A DNA stretch of 64,000 nt from positions 124,001 to 188,000 of the forward strand of contig JBDOQK010000033.1 of assembly GCA_040437565.1 (NCBI GenBank), given 5' to 3'. Under the pieces are notes generated by a model. It was not told the DNA's origin. It was given only the letters and a program-made list of their open reading frames with translations, and made no database searches. Positions 12,552-24,813 of the stretch are shown piece by piece; position 1 is the first letter of the stretch, and the number at the start of each line of letters is the position of its first letter. Source of the stretch: Albugo candida (Eukaryota). The position numbers were made by a program, and so were the translations under genes.

Positions 12552-12970
12552 ATGCTACAGATGATAGTGTTTATCACGCTCGTATTGTCCTTAATTATAC
12601 TCACACTTTGGTTCCTTCGATATATGGAGTACCGTGAGTCATTGCAGCTGATGCGCGACAAATCTTGGATCATGAAATCGCAAGAATTTGTGAGCACCAG
12701 AAAATTCAAGTCACTTCTCCAATACGATACTACATTTAAAAGAATTTCCAATTGGGCATCCATGAACTCTGCTTTGCTATCGCCCATTTCAGAGGAAGTC
12801 AGTGGCCAGGTGAGTGAATTGCCCAACACTTGCATGGAGTTGATTGTAATTGTTAGGAATCGATCGATTCGTCTTCGGAATGGAGGGATACGAGCATGTT
12901 ACGCGCATCCTTTGTCTCTTGTACGTGCACTGAAATATCTTGGGAATTTGCGTTATCGTTCTCTGCCTAG
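12552..12970 (+). CDS. Hypothetical protein with an N-terminal signal anchor, probably spliced at 12810
   Basis: Hydrophobic N-terminus MLQMIVFITLVLSLIILTLWF, a cag|gtgagt donor and a ttag acceptor at ~12856. No family recognised. Confidence 0.45.
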
Positions 12971-13500
12971 ATGGTTCTTGTGACAGCCACACACAGAGCA
13001 CACACTCTTTGTCTTCCTCACACACATTCTAGACTGTTTATGGTATCGATAGAAGGGCTATTTGGTGACGCAAACGATATAATTCCGTCTCAAAGGTTGC
13101 ATTCATAGTCACAACCGGAGATTGGTCTTCTGTAAAGCATGTGATATCACAATCCTTCCTATGCGTTTACATCGCAAAGCACAGTATTCGAAAGCCTTCG
13201 AAGCCATCTTTAAAGCCAATGTTCTATAAACATGATTTCTGGTGTCTTCCTATTGTGTATTGGGTAAAATGCCGTCTTGCATTCCCTTGTTTACCAAGCG
13301 TTGAGTCAATACAAGTAAAGCGTTTGCGACATACAAGTGAACATGCTCCTTTATACTCAATCGTACCTTTACTGGGTACTACTGTACGATGAGCAGCTGT
13401 TGCTTACAGAGCATTAATGAGTAATCGAGTAGAAATATCACTTTGATGACGCCTTTCTTTTGACCAGGGAGCGTAAACATGAGTGTTATAGCCAGCGATT

Positions 13501-14421
13501 ATGCGCCATGTACTGTTATTAGGTTTCCCAAATTTAACTTTCTACGAGACCACTCCATTGCAAGCAGTAAAATCTTCATTTTTCAAAAAGACGACACTTG
13601 CAATGGTCTTATATGCACGAGAACAACAAGCCGCTCTTTTCAGTTGCACAGATTGTTCTCTGCGTAACGCAATTTCGTCACATTTCCGCATTGTTCGTGG
13701 ATTACGACGGCACAACCCGACGATAAAATGCGTCGACAAGGAAAGCTTGGAAACGAAAAAAAAGCAAGACACAACACCGTGCATTTCGAAACGGATCTGC
13801 GCGCAACGTCAGCGTCGTCAGAGTGATCCATACAACGCGATACCCTCACAAAAGCATGAGATGATTCCTCGTGACCGATCCCGGACAATGGGACACAAAC
13901 GAGTACGATTTCAGGATAATAACCTGAATAATGTGGTTCACGTGGTCAACACATATAGTTATGAAGATTTGTTATGCGTTGTTGCAGGATTCACAGGAAA
14001 ATCTTCTGGGTATCAGCTTACGGCGTTCTTAAACCGCTCTGCGCGACAATTGGGCTATTGCACAACGACAAGCATGTTGCAATCCAGGTCAAAGACTTCC
14101 AACTGCTTCACACAAAGCGATGCCAAACGGTGGCGAAGGCTAGCGCTTTATAACTGGAATGCCGAAGACGAGATCTATCATCAAGAGCGCCAGCAACTCG
14201 GTTTTCCGATGCGCGCAAAACTGGCAAATTGGCTCCATCGTCGACGCGATTTACTATCTATCACTGCTGCATTCACATCGGCTGCTAAAGTATTGGAATA
14301 TAACGATCTTACAGCCTTAGTCAACATTGTAAATGGCTGTATCACAGTCGGCAGCTTCCAATTCGATCGTCTCAGTATTTTACAGCTCTGTAATTATCAA
14401 ACTGAGCTGTTCAATCTCTAA
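13501..14421 (+). CDS. Hypothetical protein with an RVxF motif and a C-terminal domain shared with 14609-15898
   Basis: 306-aa ORF containing KRVRF, YEDL, WRRLALYNWNAE and LVNIVNGCITVG, which align with the neighbouring gene. The start could instead be the ATG at 13603. Confidence 0.75.
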   Translation: MRHVLLLGFPNLTFYETTPLQAVKSSFFKKTTLAMVLYAREQQAALFSCTDCSLRNAISSHFRIVRGLRRHNPTIKCVDKESLETKKKQDTTPCISKRICAQRQRRQSDPYNAIPSQKHEMIPRDRSRTMGHKRVRFQDNNLNNVVHVVNTYSYEDLLCVVAGFTGKSSGYQLTAFLNRSARQLGYCTTTSMLQSRSKTSNCFTQSDAKRWRRLALYNWNAEDEIYHQERQQLGFPMRAKLANWLHRRRDLLSITAAFTSAAKVLEYNDLTALVNIVNGCITVGSFQFDRLSILQLCNYQTELFNL

Positions 14422-14608
14422 GCATAGCATAAGTTCCTGGTGTACATANNNNNNNNNNNNNNNNNNNNNNNNNNNNNNNNNNNNNNNNNNNNNNNNNNNN
14501 NNNNNNNNNNNNNNNNNNNNNNNNNNNNNNNNNNNNNNNNNNNNNNNNCATGTGATATATATATAAAATTTGCAAAAATATAATTTTATTTCAGTTACAT
14601 CAGAATTC

Positions 14609-15898
14609 TTACAGCCATCCATCTTCCTCGCTTTCCTGCACAAACTCTAGCTGGCAAAGTTTGGCAATATTCAAAAGTGAGAACGGGATCTCCCCAAAGC
14701 CAACACACGCATTGACAATTTCGACTATCTTCTCCAGTTGCTCTAAATCAGCGGGCGCTTTCCATCCAATCCCTAAATCCGTCACCTCATTAGATTGTTG
14801 AGCATTTCCATGTGTATCCACCAATCCGACAAGATGCTGTTGATCGGTACAAACTCTTTCTTCTGCATCCCAGTCGTGTGATATCACACGTCGCCACATC
14901 CGAATCTCCTCATTCGACAGCTGCGTAACAATCCCAAGCTTTGTATCAGACTGATTTACAAAGGCAAGCGTACGTTCCAAAAAATCTCTTATTTTTCGAG
15001 CTTTACGGCGTCGATCATGTGCTGGAAAACAAGCCACTCGCTCGAAGATATCTTCATAATGCTCCAACTCTATATAACAAGCTGGAGTATTATCGGGAAA
15101 GTACGTTGGTACTTCACGAAAGCTCACGTGTCGAGTAGCATCATGTAAAGCAGCCAATGCGTCATCAGCTAACTGACATGGACTGCTGGATTCCGTTTCA
15201 GTGGGTGAGCCTAATGTGTACCGTTTTTTCTCAAAAACGCGTTTAGTGAAACTTCGTCGTTCCTGCTGAAGATCTCGATCCTTCTCGTCATCGCTGTTGA
15301 ATGCATCATGCATCATGGCAAATTTTAGATACTTTTTCAGTCTATGCTTGGTCAATCTACCACTATCAATGGATCCCCGACTCGAACTAGATTGCTTGGA
15401 TGGAGACAAGATCGCGTGAGAGGATGTAGACGAGTCTTCATCTTCACAATGTTTGTTCATTTCATTTTTAGTACCTCGAGATCTTCGATGTTGACGGCCT
15501 GTAGGATAGGCATGGAAAAATGCTTGTGCGCGTTGGTGGATGGAGCTTTTCGAGTTCTCTTCCACTGTGTCTTCAGTCAGTTCTGCGTCCATCGCATCGT
15601 AACTGTGTCGACGAAACCCAAAAATCTTCTTCACCTTGAGCTCCTCTTTCACATTAAGTTTCTCATTTGAATGGTGGGGCGATGGTGTGTCTTCGAACCC
15701 TTCACCATCGAGTGCCTCGGTCAGCGAAGTCGGCGAAGCTGTGGCCGAACGATGTCGTCCTTTATGTCCTTTCTTGCTCTTTTGCACTTCATCCTCTTCT
15801 TCTTTTGTACTTCGATGTGTTATATCTCTTGCAAATCGCCGAACTCGGTGCCAAGAAGGAAGCGCAAACGATCGACGTCGTGCAAGTCGCTGTTCCAT
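14609..15898 (-). CDS. Hypothetical protein with a disordered basic/Ser-rich N-half, an RVxF motif and a shared C-terminal domain
   Basis: 429-aa ORF with several RRxS motifs, RHVSF, YEDI, WRRVISHDWDAE and IVEIVNACVGFG. Confidence 0.82.
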   Translation of the reverse strand: MEQRLARRRSFALPSWHRVRRFARDITHRSTKEEEDEVQKSKKGHKGRHRSATASPTSLTEALDGEGFEDTPSPHHSNEKLNVKEELKVKKIFGFRRHSYDAMDAELTEDTVEENSKSSIHQRAQAFFHAYPTGRQHRRSRGTKNEMNKHCEDEDSSTSSHAILSPSKQSSSSRGSIDSGRLTKHRLKKYLKFAMMHDAFNSDDEKDRDLQQERRSFTKRVFEKKRYTLGSPTETESSSPCQLADDALAALHDATRHVSFREVPTYFPDNTPACYIELEHYEDIFERVACFPAHDRRRKARKIRDFLERTLAFVNQSDTKLGIVTQLSNEEIRMWRRVISHDWDAEERVCTDQQHLVGLVDTHGNAQQSNEVTDLGIGWKAPADLEQLEKIVEIVNACVGFGEIPFSLLNIAKLCQLEFVQESEEDGWL

Positions 15899-16766
15899 GA
15901 ACGCGTCTCTTGTGTGTTGTCTGAATGTAGATCAACTTTTAGACAGGTTCCCGGTTGAATTGAAGAATGCGGCGTCTTTGTCGCGACAAAAGTCGCAAGC
16001 AAATTTAAGAAAAACAGAAGACTGTAGTGAATGCGATCGGTGAAAATACAAATATGTTATCCCTAAACTCTGTATTGTCGACGTAAAAGCGAGGTCTGGA
16101 CCTTAGTAACACTATGGGGCGTCTGGTTGAGCATGCGGGTTCTTGTGATAACTTATACTTGTATGCTAGACTCAGCCGACTCACTTCGAGCTGCTTTTGA
16201 GAAAATGAAGTGCATAAAAACGACAAAGGAAATACAAGTCACTACCCTTTGCGATATGTACTTAACGTTCGATTTTGGTATTTGATCTGGTTCAGAATGT
16301 ATAGAGCATGCGCCTTTCGAGCTGATCTTCTGCGCGTTCGATGAGTGTACGAGTGTACTGCAATGGTACAGCAGAAGGTCGGGCTTCTTTAGAACTTGCG
16401 TACATTGCTTTTGAGCGACATTTATTCGCGCAGTGACCATTATACACGTTTGTAACTGAAGCAAAGCGGTCTCGAGGACATACTACTACCGTTAATAGAT
16501 CAAATACGAAGCGAATGTTGTTCAGACAATGTTACCATCAAATGTTAGTAACAGTACGTTGATCGATGTGAGCAATTTAACAGAATGACTGCAATGTGAG
16601 TTTTGAATAACAAACATTCACTGCGATGCAATGAACGAACGATTGGTCGATCGGGTATATGATTTATAGCGCTACAACGAGACGAATCTTGAATTATCAT
16701 CGTGTAGTTGAGGCCCTCCCATTATTTTACGAAGACACGATGGTGGGGTCCTCTTGTAAATTATTC

Positions 16767-16780
16767 TTACTTTGCAATTT
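16767..16780 (+). promoter_or_regulatory. INR-FPR-like oomycete core promoter
   Basis: TTACTTTGCAATTT lies about 35 nt upstream of the ATG at 16816 and is a near match to TCAYTYYNCAWTTT. Confidence 0.4.
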
Positions 16781-16815
16781 GCCACTGAAGCTTACCCACA
16801 CACCAGAATCTCTAA

Positions 16816-17223
16816 ATGAAGTACCCGTTAGCGCTTTTATCGTTATCAAACGTCTTAGTGCCATCCATGGGACTATGTGAATCTGCGTTGCAATGTGCAT
16901 CGACGCCGAACTGCATGTCTTGCGTACGTAATATTTCTCCAGATTGTGAGGAAATATGTATGAATTCATCAGGAGTTGGAATGTATCAAAATGGAATAAA
17001 TAACTATGGTAATACCGGGCTGTATCCCAATACTATACCTTATGGTGCTCAGAATGGCATTCCTTATGGCGCTCAAAATGGTATTCCGTACGGAGGAAAC
17101 AGCTACAATCAATATCCAAACAATATTCGAACTGCTCCAGTTCGTTACAACGCAGCATCAGCAGCTAAAGTCTGTATCACTTCAATCGCATTCTTCTTCG
17201 GCATCGCTGGATTCATTTTTTAG
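16816..17223 (+). CDS. Small secreted Cys-rich protein with PYGAQNGI repeats and a GPI-anchor-like C-terminus
   Basis: Signal peptide MKYPLALLSLSNVLVPSMG, six clustered Cys, a G/Y/N/P-rich linker, then NAA followed by a hydrophobic tail. Confidence 0.8.
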   Translation: MKYPLALLSLSNVLVPSMGLCESALQCASTPNCMSCVRNISPDCEEICMNSSGVGMYQNGINNYGNTGLYPNTIPYGAQNGIPYGAQNGIPYGGNSYNQYPNNIRTAPVRYNAASAAKVCITSIAFFFGIAGFIF

Positions 17224-17353
17224 GCATACATTTTTAATTTAAGTGAATACAACGCACAATTATATTTAGAAATCTACAATGCAAAGTTCATAACCGATAT
17301 GAACGACATGCATAACTGCTGGTAGATAGTTGCCTTACATTCCGCGTTTCCTT

Positions 17354-19646
17354 TTACTTTTCCGACAGCGCTTTAAATAAACTCGGAACAACTTCCATGC
17401 GCCACGGTCCAGGCCCAGGCAACACCTCCCCATCGATATTCATACAGTCGATTGACTGATCAGGATCGATTTCAACCGCTTTTACTTTGATATAATTCAT
17501 CAAGGGACTTTCTAGCTCTTTGCCCATAAAGTAAAGCATGATCAATCGAAGTGAGCTTAGTAAGCTTCCTTTCCGCGAAACGATTAAATCCAAGCAACCA
17601 TCAGAAGGATGCGAGAATTGACCATCTGGAGCTGTATTTATGACTCCCACCACCAGAAACTCGCCCTTCTCTTCCTTCCATGCGGATGCGGGGTAGCGTG
17701 TACGACTGGCCGGACTACGCACGGCGTAAGGAGCTCCCGTCCATGACTTTCGAATATCCTTCGGATTCTCATAATCGTAAACATTACCTTCTTCAATCTC
17801 AAATTGATCTGTGGCACCTTCATTCTTGATTTCATCATAGGTACGTAATTCAGGTTGTGGATCCACCGGAACATAGCGAAATGATCCAGTGTGCTTTTTC
17901 GACTTGACTAGGAATTGTTTCACTTTCAAGAAATTGTATCGCAAAGTGCCCAGGTACCGATATCGTTCCGACTCGGCAGCGATATCTCCAGCAATTCCCC
18001 AGCCAAGACCACAGTAACTGTATTGTACACCACCCGATGGCTTGGAACTCGCTACTGTGATGACATCTAGGGGTCTCATCTTGCGTTTGATGATGCAAAA
18101 TAATGCTGCTTCTACCGTGGGGATTCCCACACCCAAGCCAAATGCATTCTGCGTCCCAGCTGAAATTAGCGATAATGGAGTGCTGGCCACAATTTCACGC
18201 CATTCATGTTCCGGTCGACTCAACAATCCGTTCATAAACTCGCAAAGTGTTCCGTCTCCGCCGATAAAAACAATCGCTTCAAATGCGTCCAATGCATCGT
18301 ACTCCCTGCCCATCTCTGTAGCGTGTCCGCTGTACAAAGTTTCTTCGATACAGTAATCGAAATTACCCAAATCGAAAAATATCTTCACTTTTTCCAGCCA
18401 GATTTTCCGTGCTCGACGTTTACCAGAATGCGGATTGATCACAACCTTGATCCGTCTCTTCTCCTGGATAGGAGGAGCTCGGGCTTGCCATCGTACTAAT
18501 TCCTGGATTGTGTTGACCCATTGCGTCGCCACTTTTGGCGGACATGTGAAATCGATCTGATTGTGTACACGTCTCAAAGCGCGCTCACCGGCGCCCTTCC
18601 CTTTTGTAAAGTAATGGATGCGAAAAACTCCGGGTTTATACAGCACTTGAGCGCCAACGATATCGTCTGTGAGAATTTTACCTTTTTCTGCCGATCTACA
18701 ACGCGAGTCAGCAATTGAGACTCTATCACATTGGGAGATTCGAGATTGTTACCGTTTATACCAAGTTATCTCATCTCGATCCATGCGAACATCAACACGT
18801 CTATTCTTTATAAGCATTCTCGCTCGAAATTCCAGTTCGATTGGCGCGTCTCGGCGAGAATACGCCTACAAATAGAGCATTAAGGTGGAAATAACATAGC
18901 AGCAAGCTTCTCTGTGATACCTGTATACGCCGTATGCTCTCTCGCACATAATCATCGGTTGGGTTGTCGAATGTGACATCACCCACTGATGTATTTCGAT
19001 TGAGGAGCGCCGTCTTGGCCAATTCTCGCAATGAATCACGAGCCAGACTGAGTTGGCTCGCATAAGTAACACTACGGCGTTTCGGATGATTTCGACGATG
19101 ATGAAAGTGCCCACTAAATGACTGGTTATCACGAATCCCCTTTTTTTTAACTTTATTACTGACTTGAAGCGGTTCAGAAAGACGAGAATCGTGATCCGCA
19201 TTGCGATAAAACGCATTTTCTCCACTGATATTATCACTCCTATCATGCTCCTCATGATACCGCTCGTCCAATGAACGTGTTCGATGTACTTGCATCGCCT
19301 GCCAGCTTGGAAGTTGCTGAACTTCCTGCGTTGATACTGCAAGCGGTTCTTCATCCTCAATAAAAGACCTGTGAATTGTTTCGCCGGTTCGACTCTCAAC
19401 GTGACTGAACCGCACAGAAGGACTTGAGCTCGTTTCAGCGGCGCTCTTGGGTGTCGATAGTGCACCCTGCATGGTTCTGGCTCCATCACGCGGAGTCCCG
19501 AGTGGGCTGTATTCCTGTGTCGCGTTTTGTGGACTTTTCTTCTCTGACATGAAATCTTCTTTATCACGATTCATTCCAATTTGATCGACTTTTTCGATTG
19601 AATTGACGTTTACTTCCGTACACAGGTCGTTAGAAGCTTCGGTCAT
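17354..19646 (-). CDS. Sphingosine/ceramide kinase-like (DAGK catalytic) protein with a long N-terminal extension and PH-like region, 3 exons
   Basis: INPHSG, GGDGTLCE, ISAGTQN, ESERYRYLG and NIDGE motifs. Introns at 18866-18920 and ~18696-18752 join ORFs 18801-19646 and 17354-18646. Confidence 0.9.
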
Positions 19647-21545
19647 TTTCGATTTTGACGATTTTCTTAGGCGAACTGAACGTCAAAACGGGAGAGGCTT
19701 TTACGGTAAAATTACTTTGGAAAGTTATCGTCCAAGCGCGGTAAGAATTTCAGTCATACTACGCTTTTATGAAATGATAGAATAATTGCATTTAAACAAA
19801 TAATCAATTTAGACAATCAGTGTTTACAGTCGGTCAAGAAACTCGACAGAAAAGCGTCGTTGGACTCCCTTTGTTTATATGACCAGTTTCACTGCGCATC
19901 GCATGAGAGCAATAAACTTGTGCGGCGTGTAATTTCTCGACCAGTAGTGAGATGCATTGCATGCATACGCGCTAATCGTTTCGTAATATTTGCGATAATC
20001 CATGCACAATCGATTTCTACCTCCGCCTTTGAACGTGGTGCTCATTCGATCTGCGGCTTTGAGACAGAGGGATGTCTGAGGTCGGAGAAAGTATTGGTAA
20101 TAAGCATTCACACCATTGTATGAGAGGGTATCCGCACTATGTAATAAGAGCCGGCACTTTTGCCATATTGCCATAACTACGCAGTTCGAGCATCTGTGGT
20201 AGAGACAATAACTCGAAGCATATGTCTAATCCTGATGGAATACTAAGGGCTGTATCATCTTTTACTCGCATTTGGAAAGTCTATGCTCTGGGAATACAAA
20301 CGCGGTTCGGTCGTAGAATGTCATCAAAGGAACTCGAAGTAAATCAATGTGCTCAGAGCTGCACAGACCTTGATAAGAAGAGTCAATTTACTTTGTCGTG
20401 TATGTCAAGTCGCACCATTGATATCACTGACTTTCAAGCGAATCTCAAGGTACGAAATATCGGTAAATGACAATGCACCATACCCGAAGGATTTCACTTG
20501 TTTATTCTCAAACTGGAAAGTCAGTTGGGAAAATCAATTGCATACACTACGCGTATCAAGTCCTTAGGGTCTCCTTTTGGTACAACTACGCCTGTAAATA
20601 GGTAACACGATTTTAACGCCCGTTTCGATTGCCAATTTCATATAGCAAGTGATCACGAAATTTTAGAAGGCTGTACTGAGAAAACAAAGAGCTGCTTCAA
20701 ATTTTATATCCGATGCGTAGTAAGTTGAATCCGAAAGAGCAAGCCTATAATGCTATAATGATGCTACATTATAAGAAATGCACCTCCAACCCGACGATGA
20801 AGATTTGGAGTTGTTGAATGCTGCATTAGAATATGTAAAGGGTCAAATGATATACAAAGTATGGTAATCATAGCAACCGAGGGATACAAGCATGATATGC
20901 TTGGAAAGCCGCATCGTGATATGAGGCCGCATGTTGTAGTAGCTGGCGCGACCCTTGTATACATTCATTATGCACGTTGTTACTCAATATAGTTTCTGGT
21001 ATAAAATCATTCCGCCGCGGCTGTATCGCATTTCGCGCTTCCAAAAAAGTCGGCTGGTGACAAAGTACACTTGAAAAATGAACTGAATGCCCACGCATTT
21101 CGATATGAATCAGACTGCATGCAATTCGCGTGCTCAGTCCGATTTTGACTTCATTTTGTACGCTTTGTGACATTGTCTGACTCTAATCAATTTGATGACA
21201 TACCTCAAGCACATCGGCATGGTTTCTTAGTCGCATTCGACCAAGATTGCTAACATGCATTCCTGCACTGAGATAAGTGAATTTGAACAATCCAAGTGAG
21301 TGGGCAAACAACACAAAGCTTCTAATAGTAAACCCTCATGCCAAATGAGAGAAACCAGTCGGCATTTTCTTTTGCAAGATTGTTCATTGACCTTATAATC
21401 TACTACTGATAGTCGAACAGTTCACATAATGTTGAAACTTTTGATTGAGCAAGTGTGCTCTAGATTGCCAAATCGGCAACTTCTGATGCTTCGGATGTAG
21501 ATTCTAAAAATATTGGGAAGACTGACTTCAATAAAGGCACAGATT

Positions 21546-22876
21546 TCACAATTTGGAATTGACTCGATTCGATATTCTTTTCATCCAATCAAATTGCTGT
21601 AAGCGTACTATTCCGCAAGGAGAATGCAAAAGCAGTTTGAAATCCGACGGATTTGATAGCGCAGAGAGGTCGGAGTGACGATTGATCTCATCAGATTTTT
21701 GATTGTCTTCGCGATTTGCAAAGAATGACGTCTGCAAAGCCAAATCTCTGCGAGTATCCACGTTGATCTTTCCTGAAGTGACAGAACAATTCTTCGGCTG
21801 CGACAAAGCTGTCAATCGTCCGGTGAGTATCGCATAATCATCATCCAGTTGCTCAGTAGTATGCTCAATGAATTCACAATTCGGAGTTTCAATTCTGGCA
21901 CCGTGTATCTCCACATCAATGGGCGTGTTGGGATTTAGAGAAACCTGGATATCTCCTCCCACCATGATACTGCTCTTCGCTCCCGGTGAACACGAGTCAA
22001 AATGGACAGTGGCACAGCAATTTCCACCAGTATCTTCGACCTCTAGCGCACCGTTCACACTCACGATATCCAAAGCATCCATCGCCTCTCCTAATACACG
22101 CATGTACCCATGCACGTTCCCAATGGACAACAAACCCTTGCTCAAAGAGTGAATGCGAGTAGCAGTTCCGTAAATTGCTCCAAATTCAGAAGCATGTCTC
22201 CCCTTCAGCAATCGCACGTCACAATTCTCTGCCAGCAATCGTTTGCATATAATTTGAGACGCTCCGAGTTGTACATCCACCCCCTCGACTACGTTTGCGA
22301 TCTTGATACAGCCATGATTCGTCTTCATTTGGACATTATCGCCACTGCAAAAACAATACTGTCAATTTAGCTATCGTTCCACATCAATTACGCAACACTA
22401 TACCGAATTTTGTGTACTGACACATCACCATCGCCGACCGCAATGCTTATATTTCCTTCCACCTTATTTAAGATCTCAACTTGACCGCTGAGAATTGATA
22501 CAATCAAATCGATATTTGGAGGAAGATGTACATTTATTTCATGGGAACGAGTGGTTGCAGGGCAAGAAATGTCGACTTTTTGTATCAGTGAGTCACTTTC
22601 TTGTGTCTCGGCATAATAAATAATGTCCGTTGTGTCGTCTTGATCTGAAGAATAATCAAGCGGTCTGATTTGAAATTTGCGGGCGGTATCTTCCAAGGTG
22701 GGATGTATGATAAGATTTGCTTTCTGAGACATTTTGATATCAAAAGCAAATACACATTGATGCGCGAGACGTTCGAATGGTATTTCATGTGCCAAATATT
22801 TGGAATACCATCGCTTGCGTATCAATTCAGGTCGAACTTGTCGTCGCAAAGTGTTCCAGCAACGATATCGATTCAT
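21546..22876 (-). CDS. Mitochondrial-targeted beta-repeat protein (FAM185A/DUF4097-like), 2 exons
   Basis: Arg-rich presequence and repeats of the 'G.V.I..V.G.I.I..G.GDV.V.KI' type. An intron at ~22347-22403 joins the two ORFs in frame (KIR|GDNVQMKT). Confidence 0.65.
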
Positions 22877-23208
22877 CTTGAATGAGATTTTATTTTATAC
22901 TAGAAAGCAGATTATACAATTTCTCAGCATCGATTAATTCTGGCAGGTCAGTATACAGCTCATGGATGCATACTGCTGTTCTTCGACGTGAGTCATGCCA
23001 TCTGCGCGAGCGCCATGAGAAACATACAAATCATGCACACGCATATACCTAAATATAGATCATAACACAATCATATACACAGCAGTTTCGTAACGAGCGC
23101 ATCATCCGCCGGAGATATTTTGTTTGTTTTTCTTTGCGGTCAGATCCCTATACATATTAGCTTGCGTATAATCAGCCAGCTGGTCGAAAGAAAATAAAGT
23201 TTGTGGCA

Positions 23209-23934
23209 ATGACTTTTGGCAGTAATACATCACGGAGATCAACAGAAACGGAAGAAAGAACATTGCAATTTGCATCTCCTTTGCAATATCAACTTGTACG
23301 CGATAATCTAGACGCGTACAAACGAGACGCATTCGAACTACTTCTAAGGCGGTATGCGGGAGATGATTTGAAATCTCCCGGCTGGCGACATAACACGGAA
23401 GTCGATGGGGTGAAGACGCTTTATGGTGAAGTTGAAAATAATAGCTGGCAGACTACATTGACCACTGCAGATATACCTCAAAAAGCACATGTGGTAGCGA
23501 GTATTTTATTAGATAAAGAAAAGATGAGCCAATACGATGATACGGTTGACACTATCAACAGCTTGGAACAACTTGACGAGAACACGGAGCTCAAGATTGT
23601 CTGCTGTAAAAGCGTCTTTATGACAACACCACGTGATATATGTGTTGTTACAACATACACATGCGAAGAAAGTGGTCGATATCTGATTGTCACGCGCTCA
23701 GTGAATCATCCGAATGGAACGCAAAAAGGCTACACGCGAGCTTATATCTATCTATCTGGTTACATCATAACACCGGATCCAGCAGATAGTAACAAGTGTC
23801 ACATTGCAATGATTGCGCATATCAATCTCAGCGGATTAGTGCCCCCATTCATCTCCAAGTACGCAGGTCAGACTGTTCCCATCAGAATGGTGCGAGCGAT
23901 CCGCGACGTTGCTACGAAGGCGGTAGACACGTAG
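23209..23934 (+). CDS. START-domain lipid-transfer protein
   Basis: W...DGVK, TTPRDICV, RSVNHP..KGYTRA, SGYIITP and INLSGLVPPF motifs. Confidence 0.88.
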   Translation: MTFGSNTSRRSTETEERTLQFASPLQYQLVRDNLDAYKRDAFELLLRRYAGDDLKSPGWRHNTEVDGVKTLYGEVENNSWQTTLTTADIPQKAHVVASILLDKEKMSQYDDTVDTINSLEQLDENTELKIVCCKSVFMTTPRDICVVTTYTCEESGRYLIVTRSVNHPNGTQKGYTRAYIYLSGYIITPDPADSNKCHIAMIAHINLSGLVPPFISKYAGQTVPIRMVRAIRDVATKAVDT

Positions 23935-24784
23935 ACTGACCTGCTCAATTGTATAATTCACTGCGAATAGAGCACATTTGCAAAGCAGATTTGTACATTC
24001 TTCACTAACGCCTTGATGTCTTGATTTTTTCGCCTTTACGATGAACGCATGTATCAAGTATGTGTATGGATGTCAAATGACTCGCGTGAAGGCTCTTTGG
24101 TGCTTGTATTTGATAGTCTACGCACAGCTGACGAGACCTTCCGAGAATGAGGCGTCTCTAGCAGCCTTAAACGCTCATCTCCAATAAATCTGCTAGAGTC
24201 GGAAAAGCGGGAATTCTTGAATTGTAAACGCAGCTGCCACTCGATATATAGAAACTCATGAATCAGTGGTTGCCCTACACACGTACACCGCTTGTAATTT
24301 TTCGCAGCTACGATGCACCAATTCTGCGTTGCCCATTGGTATACTGAAATCAAGTCTAGCTTCTTGGCATTGTGAATTCGATTTCGAATCACGATAATAA
24401 GTCCTAGACACATTATGCAGCCAACTGTAATGTTGCTGTGTGCACCTTTTGCACATCACCATTTCACTCATGCACAAGGTCGACAAATCTCGCTCGAGCT
24501 CGGGGCCCAGCTGAATTGATTGACCGACATTCTCGTCAAGAGTAACGATCTGACATGTCCCGGACTGATTCGCGGAAAGCAGAGTCCTAACAAACAAACA
24601 AGCATCGTGTAATCGAGCTGATCAGGCTATCAAACAATCAAGTTGTCGCTCGTTGTCGTCGATACGTTGTAACAATCAGTGCAACTTTTACCTTTCCATG
24701 CTTATTTAGAAAAGTTCCAGTAGACATGCGTTTTGTCAAATAATATTGTTTGAAAAAACTTGAAGACGATCCAGCCAAACAATT

Positions 24785-24798
24785 TCATTATCCATTTT
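24785..24798 (+). promoter_or_regulatory. INR-FPR-like oomycete core promoter
   Basis: TCATTATCCATTTT lies 15 nt upstream of the ATG at 24814, with one mismatch to the consensus. Confidence 0.5.
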
Positions 24799-24813
24799 TC
24801 TTCAAATAATAAA

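Noticed and set aside
20764-21400. Short minus-strand ORFs between the kinase and FAM185A-like genes
   Set aside because: No coherent spliced model or motif could be built.
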